Positions 54,880 through 64,000 of a stretch of 64,000 nt of DNA are shown in pieces. Below the pieces are notes generated by a model, which saw nothing but the letters and a program-made list of their open reading frames with translations, was not told the DNA's origin and searched no databases. The stretch covers positions 2,193,054 to 2,257,053 of the forward strand of contig CBDCXM010000009.1 of the NCBI GenBank assembly GCA_965223855.1, written 5' to 3'. The stretch is from Candidatus Multivoradales bacterium. GTDB taxonomy: Bacteria; Acidobacteriota; Thermoanaerobaculia; Multivoradales; JAHEKO01. Both the position numbers and the translations under genes were made by a program. Position 1 is the first letter of the stretch. Every line of letters starts with the position of its first letter.

Positions 54880-56937
54880 GTGGTACGATCCCGGCCCGCG
54901 GCGGGCCGACGCCGCCCGCGCGACCCCACCCTGAGATCGACCGTGACGTCCGACAACACCGTTCGGCTGACGCCCGGCAAGAGGGTTCTCTTCCTCACCA
55001 AGGATCCGGAGCTGATCCGGCGCCAGCTCGCCGGCGAGCTCGATCTTTCGATGCGCGACCTGTCAGTCGACGACCTGCTCGACGACATCAACACGGACGC
55101 GATGACCCCTGCCTGGGTCTGCTTCTCGCACCGGCCGGAGGACATCGCCCGGGACGCCTACGCCGGGTTGATCGTCGATGGCGAGCGCCTCTTCGAGCGC
55201 GACGCCCTCGCCAACGGCAACTTCGAGGTGATCGTCTCGGGTTACCGCAAGGGGGTCGGCAGCTCGCGCGAGACGGCCGTGCAGGCGGAGAAGTGGTCCG
55301 GGATCCGGATCGCCGTGGCCGCCTCGTTCGCACCCATCCATGCGGCGAACAACATCAATCAGGGCGTCCTGATGGCCGATCACGCCATGCTCGAGCGGCT
55401 CGAGGGGGGAGAGGAGATCGAGCTCGAGGAGTTCTGCCGTGACTTCGACCCGATCACCCGGCTGATCGTGCATGCGGGGGGGCTTTTCCCGTTCGCTCGC
55501 GCGGTGGCCGACAGCTCGCTCGAGTTGCCGGTGAGCGAGACCGGGGAGCGCCCGATGACGATGGCGGAGAAGATCCTCGCCCGGCACCGCGTCGGCGAGG
55601 GCTCGCGCTGCGTGAAGCCCGGCGACTCGCTGGTCGTGAGCGTCGATGGCGGCTACTCGCACGAGTTCACCACCGCCCAGGTGCATCACTTTCTGCAGCA
55701 GGAGCACGGCGAGGGCTATCGACTTACGGATCCGGAGCGGTTCGCCGTTTTCGAGGATCACCTCATCTACGCCGACGACGTGCCGCGGATGGCTCCCTTC
55801 CTCGACAAGATCGAGACCCTGCGCCGGCTGCAGCGCGAGTTCCAGCGACACACCGGCGTGCAGGATTTCTCGGCGCGCGACGGGGTCTCGCCCGGCATCT
55901 GTCACGAGGTGGCGCGCGACCAGCTCGTCTCGCCGGGGCAGTTCGTGCAGGCGACCGACTCCCACACCTGCATGGGGGGCTGCAACAACGCCCTCACCTG
56001 GGGGGTCGGCGCCACCGAGTACGCGAGTCTCGTCTACTCCGGCTTCACGACGGTCGAGGTCCCCGAGTCGATTCGCTTCGAACTCGTCGGGGAGCTGGCG
56101 GACGGGGTCACCGCCAAGGACCTGATGCTCTACATCCTGCTCGAGTACGCGCGGCCGCAGAAGACGCTCAACCGGGTCATGGAGTTCACCGGGCCCGGCG
56201 TGCGGACGCTATCGATGGACGAGCGGGCGACCCTCACCAACATGGCGACCGAATGTTCGGCGCGCACCGCGATTGTCGAGGCGGACGAAGAGACCTTCGC
56301 CTGGCTGGCGCGGCAGCGGCCCGGGATCGACGTCGACGGGCTGCGCGCCGGTGCGGTTTCGCCCGATGCCGGCGCCGAGTACGCCGGCGGCGTCCACTCG
56401 ATCGACCTGTCGTCGATCCGTCCGATGGTGGCCCACCCCGGCGACCCCGATCGCGGCATCCCGTCCGATCCGACCAACGGCGCCTACGTCGACGATCTGG
56501 GCGAAGTGCCGATCGACATCGCCTACGGCGGGAGTTGCACCGCCGGCAAGATCGACGATCTGCGCTTCTACCACCGCGTCGTGCGCGAGGCGATCGACGC
56601 CGGACGGACGGTGCCCGAGGACGTTCGCTTCCTCATCCAGTTCGGCTCGCGCGACGTCGAGGACTACTGCCGCGAGGCCGGTTTCCTCGAGGACTTCGCC
56701 GCCGCCGGAGTGCAGCTCATCCGTCCCGGCTGCGGAGCCTGCATCGGATGCGGCCCCGGAGTCTCGGAGAACGAGCAGCAGGTCACGGTCTCGGCGATCA
56801 ACCGGAACTACAAGGGGCGCTCCGGCCCCGGCAAGCTCTTCCTCGCTTCCCCTCTGACGGTCGCCGCGAGCGCGTTCGCCGGCCGGATCACGCCGTATCG
56901 CAGCGGCATGTTCGAGAGAGTGACGGCAGCGACTTGA
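54880..56937 (+). CDS. Aconitase-family hydro-lyase with fused small(LeuD-like)-then-large(LeuC-like) domain order
   Basis: N-terminal swivel domain 'VSGYRKGVGSSRETAV' (LeuD GSSRE motif). This is followed by the catalytic domains 'GICHEVARD', 'ATDSHTCMGGCNNALTWGVGATE', and 'GGSCTAGKIDD...CGACIGCGPG' (Fe-S cysteines). Confidence 0.75.
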   Translation: MVRSRPAAGRRRPRDPTLRSTVTSDNTVRLTPGKRVLFLTKDPELIRRQLAGELDLSMRDLSVDDLLDDINTDAMTPAWVCFSHRPEDIARDAYAGLIVDGERLFERDALANGNFEVIVSGYRKGVGSSRETAVQAEKWSGIRIAVAASFAPIHAANNINQGVLMADHAMLERLEGGEEIELEEFCRDFDPITRLIVHAGGLFPFARAVADSSLELPVSETGERPMTMAEKILARHRVGEGSRCVKPGDSLVVSVDGGYSHEFTTAQVHHFLQQEHGEGYRLTDPERFAVFEDHLIYADDVPRMAPFLDKIETLRRLQREFQRHTGVQDFSARDGVSPGICHEVARDQLVSPGQFVQATDSHTCMGGCNNALTWGVGATEYASLVYSGFTTVEVPESIRFELVGELADGVTAKDLMLYILLEYARPQKTLNRVMEFTGPGVRTLSMDERATLTNMATECSARTAIVEADEETFAWLARQRPGIDVDGLRAGAVSPDAGAEYAGGVHSIDLSSIRPMVAHPGDPDRGIPSDPTNGAYVDDLGEVPIDIAYGGSCTAGKIDDLRFYHRVVREAIDAGRTVPEDVRFLIQFGSRDVEDYCREAGFLEDFAAAGVQLIRPGCGACIGCGPGVSENEQQVTVSAINRNYKGRSGPGKLFLASPLTVAASAFAGRITPYRSGMFERVTAAT

Positions 56938-57962
56938 CGTCACAGGGACGTTCCTTCGGGCTTCTGGCGCGGTCGCGGCGCGGAGAGCTCACGGAATCAT
57001 GGCACTTCGGAGCGGTCGCCGTCGTGCGACCCGACGGGGAACTCGAGGCGTCGGTGGGAGACCCCGCCCAACCGGCGTTCCTGCGGTCGGCCGCCAAGCC
57101 GATGCAGGCGGTCGCGATGCTCACGGCGGGCCTCGAGGACGACGGCATCGCCGATGCGGATCTCGCTCTAGCCTGCGCCTCGCACGGCGGTTTCGACGTC
57201 CACGTCGATCGCGTCGCCGCCTGGCTCGGCGAAATGGGTCTCGAGGTCGGAGCGCTCAAGTGCGGAGCCCACCCGCCGCTCGACGAGGCGTCGAAGCGGC
57301 TCCTCGAGGCTTCGGGTGAGGTGGCCACGGCGCTCCACAACAACTGCTCGGGGAAGCATGCGGCGATGCTCCGCACCTGTCAGGTGCGTGGCTGGCCGCT
57401 CGCAGCGTACGTCGACGACTCACATCCCCTCCAGAGCCGCATCGCGGCGGCGGTCGATCGGTTCTGCGGAACGTCGCCCGGCGCCATCGCGAGGGCGACC
57501 GACGGTTGCGGAGTACCGACGTTTCGAGCGCCTCTGGCCGCTGCGGCGACCGCGTACGCGCGCCTCGCCGCACCGGAGTCGTTGGGCGATGAGAACGATC
57601 GACGACTCGCCGATCGTGTCTATGGCGCCATGACCGCGCATCCCGAGAGGGTCGCCGGGCCGGGGAGGTTCAGCACCCGACTCATGGAGGTCGGGGGAGG
57701 AGCCCTGCTGGGTAAGGAAGGGGCGGACGGCTTCTATGCGATCGCGCTGCGCTCGCCCCGCCCGCTGGGCGTGGCGCTCAAGATCGCAGACGGGACCGAG
57801 GTGTGCCGCGACGGCGTGGTGCTCGAGGTCCTCCGTCAACTCGGTGCTCTCGATGCCGCACAACTCGGCGAGCTCGAGGCGTTCCGCGTTCCTGTGCGCA
57901 GGAGCTGCGCCGGAGCTCAGGTCGGAGACGTCCAGCCGGTCGTGGAGTTGAAGCGCTCATGA
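56934..57962 (+). CDS. Asparaginase_II (pfam06089)-family protein
   Basis: 'PAFLRSAAKPMQAVAMLTAGL', 'CASHGGFDVHV', 'LHNNCSGKHAAMLRTC'. The TTG start overlaps the upstream stop. Confidence 0.7.
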   Translation: MTSQGRSFGLLARSRRGELTESWHFGAVAVVRPDGELEASVGDPAQPAFLRSAAKPMQAVAMLTAGLEDDGIADADLALACASHGGFDVHVDRVAAWLGEMGLEVGALKCGAHPPLDEASKRLLEASGEVATALHNNCSGKHAAMLRTCQVRGWPLAAYVDDSHPLQSRIAAAVDRFCGTSPGAIARATDGCGVPTFRAPLAAAATAYARLAAPESLGDENDRRLADRVYGAMTAHPERVAGPGRFSTRLMEVGGGALLGKEGADGFYAIALRSPRPLGVALKIADGTEVCRDGVVLEVLRQLGALDAAQLGELEAFRVPVRRSCAGAQVGDVQPVVELKRS

Positions 57963-58441
57963 ACCGGATCGGGTCGGCCGTCCGCGGTGGCGTCGCCGGG
58001 ATCGCCCTGCTGGCTCTCGCCCTCGCCGGTTCCGCCTGCGCGGGGCGTGGCGAGATCGCTACCGCGGATCTGCCGCTGCGGCTGGTGAAGCCCGGTGTGG
58101 CCTCGGAGATCCTGCTCGACGCGCCGGAAGTGCTGATCCTCGACGTCCGAAGTCCGTCGGAGTTCGCCTCCACCTCGGGGCGTCTGGAGACGGCTCTCAA
58201 CCTGCCGCACTCGGACCTCGAGGCGATGATCACCGATCTGAGCATCGACCCCGAGTCGACGATCCTCGTCTACGGCGGCGACGGCGGCGAGGCCCAGCGC
58301 TCGGCCGCTCGGACGCTCCATGCCATGGGGTTCCGTTTCGTCTTCGTGATCAAGAACGGGCTCGAGGGGTGGCTGAGTGCCGGATTCCCCGTCGAGGTGG
58401 AAGAGACGGGCACGGGCCGCCCGACAGCAGCGGTCGAGTAG
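57959..58441 (+). CDS. Rhodanese-domain (sulfurtransferase-like) lipoprotein/secreted protein
   Basis: Signal/lipobox-like 'IALLALALAGSACAG'. Rhodanese fold 'VLILDVRSPSEF...ILVYGGDGGEAQRSAARTLHAMGF'. A Gly sits where the catalytic Cys would normally be, so it may be non-catalytic. Confidence 0.7.
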   Translation: MNRIGSAVRGGVAGIALLALALAGSACAGRGEIATADLPLRLVKPGVASEILLDAPEVLILDVRSPSEFASTSGRLETALNLPHSDLEAMITDLSIDPESTILVYGGDGGEAQRSAARTLHAMGFRFVFVIKNGLEGWLSAGFPVEVEETGTGRPTAAVE

Positions 58442-58493
58442 GCGGCTTCGACTGCTGCGCCGTGGCCTTCTGCCTGGCGCTCTGAGGGTGGCG

Positions 58494-58847
58494 TCAGGCG
58501 GCGAAGCCGAGCGCGGTCAGGGTTTCGCGGTCGGACGCCGGGACGCGGTCGAACATCAGACCCGCTTCGACCAGTTCGTTCTGAACCGGCCTCTGGTGCA
58601 CCACGGTGGCCTCGGCATGCACGATCTGTGAGCCGAGCGCGAGCTCGAGGTGAAGCTGATCGCCGATCGTCAGGGCACGGTCGGACTCGAGGCGCAGACC
58701 GCCGGCGCCGATGTCGAGGGTTCTTGCGAGCGATGTGAGCGGCTCGGCAGGCACTCCGGAGATCATGCGGGCGAAGCTCAGGATGTGCTGGGCCGGTACC
58801 CGTGGGAACCGGCGCTTCTCGTCCGTGCGAACGGCCTGGGTCGTCAC
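58494..58847 (-). CDS. PilZ-domain (c-di-GMP-binding) protein
   Basis: 'RRFPR' (RxxxR) and 'DIGAGGLRL' (DxSxGG) in 'EKRRFPRVPAQHILSFARMISGVPAEPLTSLARTLDIGAGGLRLESD'. The start is uncertain; the tool ORF extends to 59069 with an implausible R-rich N-terminus. Confidence 0.55.
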   Translation of the reverse strand: MTTQAVRTDEKRRFPRVPAQHILSFARMISGVPAEPLTSLARTLDIGAGGLRLESDRALTIGDQLHLELALGSQIVHAEATVVHQRPVQNELVEAGLMFDRVPASDRETLTALGFAA

Positions 58848-58981
58848 GGAACCACCGTCAGCCAACCCGCCGGGTCGGCTGGCTCTCCCTCGATGTTCAC
58901 GGGACCGGATGGGCACCGGATGAATTGATACATGGCGCTGAGCTGGATTGTAACGCCGTGCCCCCCGGGCGGGGGTGTGAC

Positions 58982-61417
58982 CTATTCCGCAATGGGAGCT
59001 CCGAGCAGCTCCCGCGGGATGCCGAATCCTGCGACGAGATCGGCGGCACCGGGGCGGATCTCGCGGCACAGCCGACGGACCTCCCGCCGCACCGCCTTGG
59101 CCTTGCCGCTCTCGAGGTAGCCGTGCTCCTGAAACCAGCCGCGGTCGGCCTCGATGCGGTGGAGGGCGAAGAGGGTCGCGAGCTTCTCGAGGCTCGCGAC
59201 GATCGCGGGATCACCGGCCTCCGCGAGCCCGTGCCGGAACTGTGTATGCACGTGCCGCTCGACGTGCGCCCGGGCCAGCGAGACGGCGTGGTCCTGACAC
59301 TCGACGAGGGCGGTGAAGCTGTCCACACCCTTCTGGATGCGGCTGCGTAGGCGCCTGCCGAGTGTGCTCAGCAGGTGCTGCTCGCGCCAGGTGAGCGCTT
59401 CCTCGAGGAAGTCGGCGGAGCGCAGGTGCTCCGGTGCGGTGTTGCGGGTAACGATCGGGTTGAGCTCGGCCACGGTGGCGCCGGCGCGCGCCGCGGCGAA
59501 GCGCAGCATGTCGAGGAAGCTCATGTCTCCGAACTGCTTGCGATAGGCGGTGAGCAGCCCCTTGGCGAGGAGCTGCATGAGCACGGTGTTGTCGCCCTCG
59601 AAGGTCGTGAAGACATCGGTGTCCGCCTTGAGCGAGGCGAACCGGTTCTCCGCCAGATAGCCCTGTCCGCCGCACGCCTCGCGACACGCCTGGATGGTGT
59701 CGGTGGCGTGCCAGGTGGCGACCGCCTTGAGACCGGCGGCGAGTCCTTCGAGCTCGCGCCGATCCTCGTTCGCGTCGAGGTAGCGCTGTGCAAGGTCGCG
59801 CAACGCGAAGTGCAGCGCGTAGGTGGTGGCGAGTCGGGGCAGGAGTCTCAGCTGGTGCGTCGTGTAGTCGAGCAGTGTCGTCTCGGCGCCCCCGGCGGGG
59901 CCGAACTGGCGCCGGCGCTCGGCGTAGCGAACGGCGATCGTCATCGCAGACCGGGTGGCGGCGAGCCCGGCCGAGGCAACGCTCACGCGGCCACCGACCA
60001 GGGTGCCAAGCATGGTGAAGAAGCGCTTCGACGGACTCGCGATCGGGCTCGTGTAGTTGCCGTCGGCGTCGACCTGGGCGAAGCGATCGAGCAGGTTCTC
60101 CCGCGGTACGCGGACGTGATCGAACATCAGTCGGCCGTTGTCGACGCCGTTGAGGCCGAGCTTGCGACCGCAGTCGGTGATCTCGATTCCGGGCAGGGCG
60201 GCGCCGTCGTCGTCGCGGATCGGGACGACGAACGCATGCACACCGTAGCCGACGCCGTCGATCTCGAGCTGCGCGAAGACGGTGGCGCATCGTCCGTGCG
60301 CCGCCGCGTTGCCGATGTAGTCCTTGCGCGCCGACGGGGTGGGGGAGTGGAGAACGAACGTGTCACTCTCGCGGTCGAACGTGGCGACGGTCTCGAGCTC
60401 GGCGACGTTCGAGCCGTGACCGGTTTCGGTCATGGCGAAGCAGCCCGGCAGCGCGAGCGTCGATGCCCGCTCGAGGTAGCGCTCGTGGTGCCTCTCGGTG
60501 CCGAGCTGGTGAAGGCTCCCGGCAAAGAGGCCGAACTGGACGCCGAACTTGACGACCAGCGACAGATCGTGGCCGGCGAGAGTCTCGAAGGCGGCGAGGA
60601 AGGCGCCAGGGTCGTCGCCTCCACCGAAGCGGCGCGGAAAGCCGAGGGCACCGTACCCCTCGTCGGCCAGCCGGTGGCACCAGCCGAGCACCCGTTCGCG
60701 CTCCTCGGCCGTCGACAGGTCATAGCGGTAGGCGAACTCGTCGGTCGACAGGAGCCGGCGAAGCTCGCGTCGCAGTTCACCGTAAGGCTCGTCGAGGAAG
60801 CGCCGGAGAGACCCGACGTCGAGCGGCGCCTCTTCCTCTTCCTCTCCAGCTGCGACCCCGTCACCCACCAAGCGCCGGGCCGCCTCGTCACTGACGACGC
60901 CGAGTGCCCCGGCGAGGCGATCGAGCGCCTCGAGCTCTGCGGACGTGGGCTCGTGGCCGTCGGCCCGCGCGAGGCGCTTCCCGAGCTCGTGCAGGCTCAC
61001 CTTTTCGTCTGCCCCCCAGCCGGCTGCGGCACGCTCGATCGTCGTCAACATCGCCCGCAGCTCGACTGCGCTGGGCGGCCTCTCGGGGTCGAGCCAGCGT
61101 CCGAGTCCGGCCTGACAATCGCTATCGAGATGAGGGGCGATAGCGGCACAGATCTCCTCGATCTCCTGGTCCGAGAGATCGCCGTCCGCCCAGGCGACGT
61201 AGATCAGCGGCAGAAAGGTGCGCAGCCGGCTGGGAAGCTGCGCAGGATCTTCGATGTCGGGTGCGCTCATCTCGCTCCTCCGGAGGGGTCCGGGACGATC
61301 GTACATGCCCGTCGAGAGGGCTTCTGGGTCGTCTGGCCTCTGATAGCCTGCGCGCCCTATGAGCGACTCCACTCTCATTCGAATCGCGCACAGTCCGGAC
61401 TCGGATGACGCGTTCAT
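58982..61417 (-). CDS. Acyl-CoA dehydrogenase/oxidase (ACOX-like) with an N-terminal TerB-like extension
   Basis: Central 'GCFAMTETGHGSNV', 'GGRVSVASAGLAATRSAMTIAVRYAERRRQFG', 'YLAENRFASLKADTDVFTTFEGDNTVLMQ' (ACAD fold). C-terminal ACOX-like helical domains. N-terminal 'LIYVAWADGDLSDQEIEEI' resembles a TerB/co-chaperone motif. Confidence 0.8.
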   Translation of the reverse strand: MNASSESGLCAIRMRVESLIGRAGYQRPDDPEALSTGMYDRPGPLRRSEMSAPDIEDPAQLPSRLRTFLPLIYVAWADGDLSDQEIEEICAAIAPHLDSDCQAGLGRWLDPERPPSAVELRAMLTTIERAAAGWGADEKVSLHELGKRLARADGHEPTSAELEALDRLAGALGVVSDEAARRLVGDGVAAGEEEEEAPLDVGSLRRFLDEPYGELRRELRRLLSTDEFAYRYDLSTAEERERVLGWCHRLADEGYGALGFPRRFGGGDDPGAFLAAFETLAGHDLSLVVKFGVQFGLFAGSLHQLGTERHHERYLERASTLALPGCFAMTETGHGSNVAELETVATFDRESDTFVLHSPTPSARKDYIGNAAAHGRCATVFAQLEIDGVGYGVHAFVVPIRDDDGAALPGIEITDCGRKLGLNGVDNGRLMFDHVRVPRENLLDRFAQVDADGNYTSPIASPSKRFFTMLGTLVGGRVSVASAGLAATRSAMTIAVRYAERRRQFGPAGGAETTLLDYTTHQLRLLPRLATTYALHFALRDLAQRYLDANEDRRELEGLAAGLKAVATWHATDTIQACREACGGQGYLAENRFASLKADTDVFTTFEGDNTVLMQLLAKGLLTAYRKQFGDMSFLDMLRFAAARAGATVAELNPIVTRNTAPEHLRSADFLEEALTWREQHLLSTLGRRLRSRIQKGVDSFTALVECQDHAVSLARAHVERHVHTQFRHGLAEAGDPAIVASLEKLATLFALHRIEADRGWFQEHGYLESGKAKAVRREVRRLCREIRPGAADLVAGFGIPRELLGAPIAE

Positions 61418-62233
61418 GTTCTACGCCCTGACACAGGGGCTGCTCGACACCGAAGGGCTCGAGGTCACCCACGTCCTGCGTGACATCGAGACCCTCAACC
61501 AGGCGGCGTTCGAAGGCACCTACGAGATCACGGCGTTGTCGATCCACGGCTACGCCTACCTCGCCGATCGCTACGCCCTGATGCCTTCCGGGGCGAGCTT
61601 CGGCGACGGCTACGGGCCGGTCGTCGTGGCGAGGGAGGGGATGACGCGAGAGGAGCTGGCCGGCCGCGAGGTCGCCATTCCGGGCGAGCTGACGACGGCT
61701 CACCTGGCGCTGCGCCTCTGGCAGCCGGACGTCCGCACGCGGATCGTTCCCTTCGACGAGATCCTCGACGTCGTCGAGGCCGGAGAGGTGCCGGCCGGCG
61801 TCGTCATCCACGAGGGGCAGCTCACCTACCAGGAGCAGGGGCTCACCAAGGTTCTCGACCTCGGAGAGTGGTGGCAGGGTGAGACCGGTGGTCCTCTGCC
61901 GCTCGGCGGCAACGGGATCCGCAAGGATCTCGACCCGGAGCTTCAGCTGCGCCTGTGCTCGCTCCTGCGCCAGAGCATCGACTATGCGCTCGAGCATCGT
62001 GAGGAGGCGCTCGGCTACGCCGTCCGCTACGCCCGGGGCATCGAAGACGATCCGGTCCGCTCGGATCGCTTCGTCGGGATGTACGTCAACGAGTGGACAC
62101 AGGACTACGGCGAGGCCGGTCGCACTGCGGTGCAGCAGCTGCTCGACCGCGGCTTCGAAGCGGGAGTGCTCGATCGCCAGGTCGAGGCCGAGTTCGTCGG
62201 TGTGGCCGAAGCGATGACCGAAGGGAGCCCATC

Positions 62234-62237
<4 letters not shown>
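61359..62237 (+). CDS. MqnA/MqnD-family protein (futalosine menaquinone pathway, periplasmic-binding-protein-like fold)
   Basis: '[18 protein letters not shown]', '[14 protein letters not shown]', 292 aa. The MqnD assignment rests on remembered signatures and is tentative. Confidence 0.6.
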
Positions 62238-63478
<1,241 letters not shown>

Positions 63479-63535
63479 GTCCGGCCGGGTGCAACTCCCG
63501 GCCCGGCCCGGCGTACATGGGGGCAGGGGTTCGCT

Positions 63536-64000
63536 GTGAGTTGGAAAGCACTGATCGGCTGGATTGCGCTGGGGGTGGCGGCTGCCGCCTCCTTCGTCGC
63601 TCTTTTCCCCAGTCTGCTGCCGTTCGAGCCGGCGCGCTGGCAGATCGACAGGTCGACCGCCGAGGCGATCGCCCTCGAGAGAGCCGCGGATCTCGGCGAC
63701 GTGCCGGTCCCGGCGACCGTCGTCGTCACCCGCGAGTCGTGGAACTCGGTCGCCCTGCGGCTTCGTGAGTCGCAGCGCGAGGGAGTGCCGATCGAGCGTC
63801 TTCGAGAGAGTCGCGCCGCCGATCTCGTGCGTGTCTGGCAGGTTTCGGTTCACGACGACGTCTCGCCGAGTTCCCGATGGAGTCATCGAGTGCGTCTTTC
63901 GGCCGAGGGGCAGGTGCTGCAACTCGAGCGGCAGGTGAGCGACTCGGAGGCGCGCGGACTTCTCGATCCGACCCAGGCGCGCGCCCGTGCCGATCGGCTG
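63536..64000 (+). CDS. Hypothetical membrane protein, 3'-partial (open to the end of the window)
   Basis: Open frame from GTG 63536 with no stop before 64000. N-terminal TM 'WKALIGWIALGVAAAASFVALF'. It is absent from the ORF track because no stop codon lies in the window. Confidence 0.35.
   Translation, partial: MSWKALIGWIALGVAAAASFVALFPSLLPFEPARWQIDRSTAEAIALERAADLGDVPVPATVVVTRESWNSVALRLRESQREGVPIERLRESRAADLVRVWQVSVHDDVSPSSRWSHRVRLSAEGQVLQLERQVSDSEARGLLDPTQARARADRL

Noticed and set aside
59375-61408. 677-aa plus-strand ORF opposite the ACOX-like gene
   Set aside because: The minus-strand translation contains acyl-CoA dehydrogenase motifs. The plus-strand product has none.

Overview
This is a high-GC (about 70%) bacterial chromosomal window with densely packed genes. 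The long antisense 'ORFs' rich in R/A/P/G are compositional artefacts. No rRNA or tRNA genes, CRISPR arrays or mobile elements were detected.

The conserved core includes:
- a sigma-54 activator (5'-partial)
- an orphan dppB/dppC permease pair split by an antisense GAF-domain gene
- a minus-strand mglA-like / nrdR / lon / thiL string
- a Firmicute-style hrcA-grpE-dnaK-dnaJ-rsmE-methyltransferase operon
- pilT-recX-alaS
- a lytic transglycosylase, pgsA and an MMPL/RND exporter
- the ffh-rpsP-KH-rimM-trmD-rplS-rnhB ribosomal cluster

From about 30.5 kb the content looks more accessory:
- a TPR protein with a roughly 500-aa acidic linker, then a hypothetical membrane protein and an NAD-type isocitrate dehydrogenase
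- MscS and an orphan GspE/PilB-family ATPase
- a BlaI / BlaR1-like (peptidase M56) module, then an S9 peptidase and a SAM methyltransferase
- a class A beta-lactamase directly downstream of dsbD, then an aspartate aminotransferase
- a secreted ACE-like M2 peptidase and an FkbM methyltransferase
- an ArgE(M20) / HutF-like amidohydrolase operon
- an aconitase-family / asparaginase-II-like / rhodanese operon
- a PilZ protein, an ACOX-like acyl-CoA dehydrogenase with a TerB-like N-terminus, an MqnA/D-like gene, an NADP-type isocitrate dehydrogenase and a 3'-partial membrane protein

The most interesting candidates for undescribed biology are:
1. A BlaI-BlaR1-type signalling module whose extracytoplasmic sensor is replaced by a novel 28-30-aa tandem repeat ('L[IV]A[LM]R[IV]HGV'). 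A secreted paralogue carrying the same repeats is encoded immediately downstream. A tandem-dyad operator sits on a near-consensus promoter that would make blaI nearly leaderless.
2. An MglA-family Ras-like GTPase fused to a roughly 420-aa acidic disordered tail, with no mglB nearby.
3. A histone-like basic protein that combines AT-hooks with two HTH_17 domains.

Every call was made by eye from the translations and sequence. No database searches were run.
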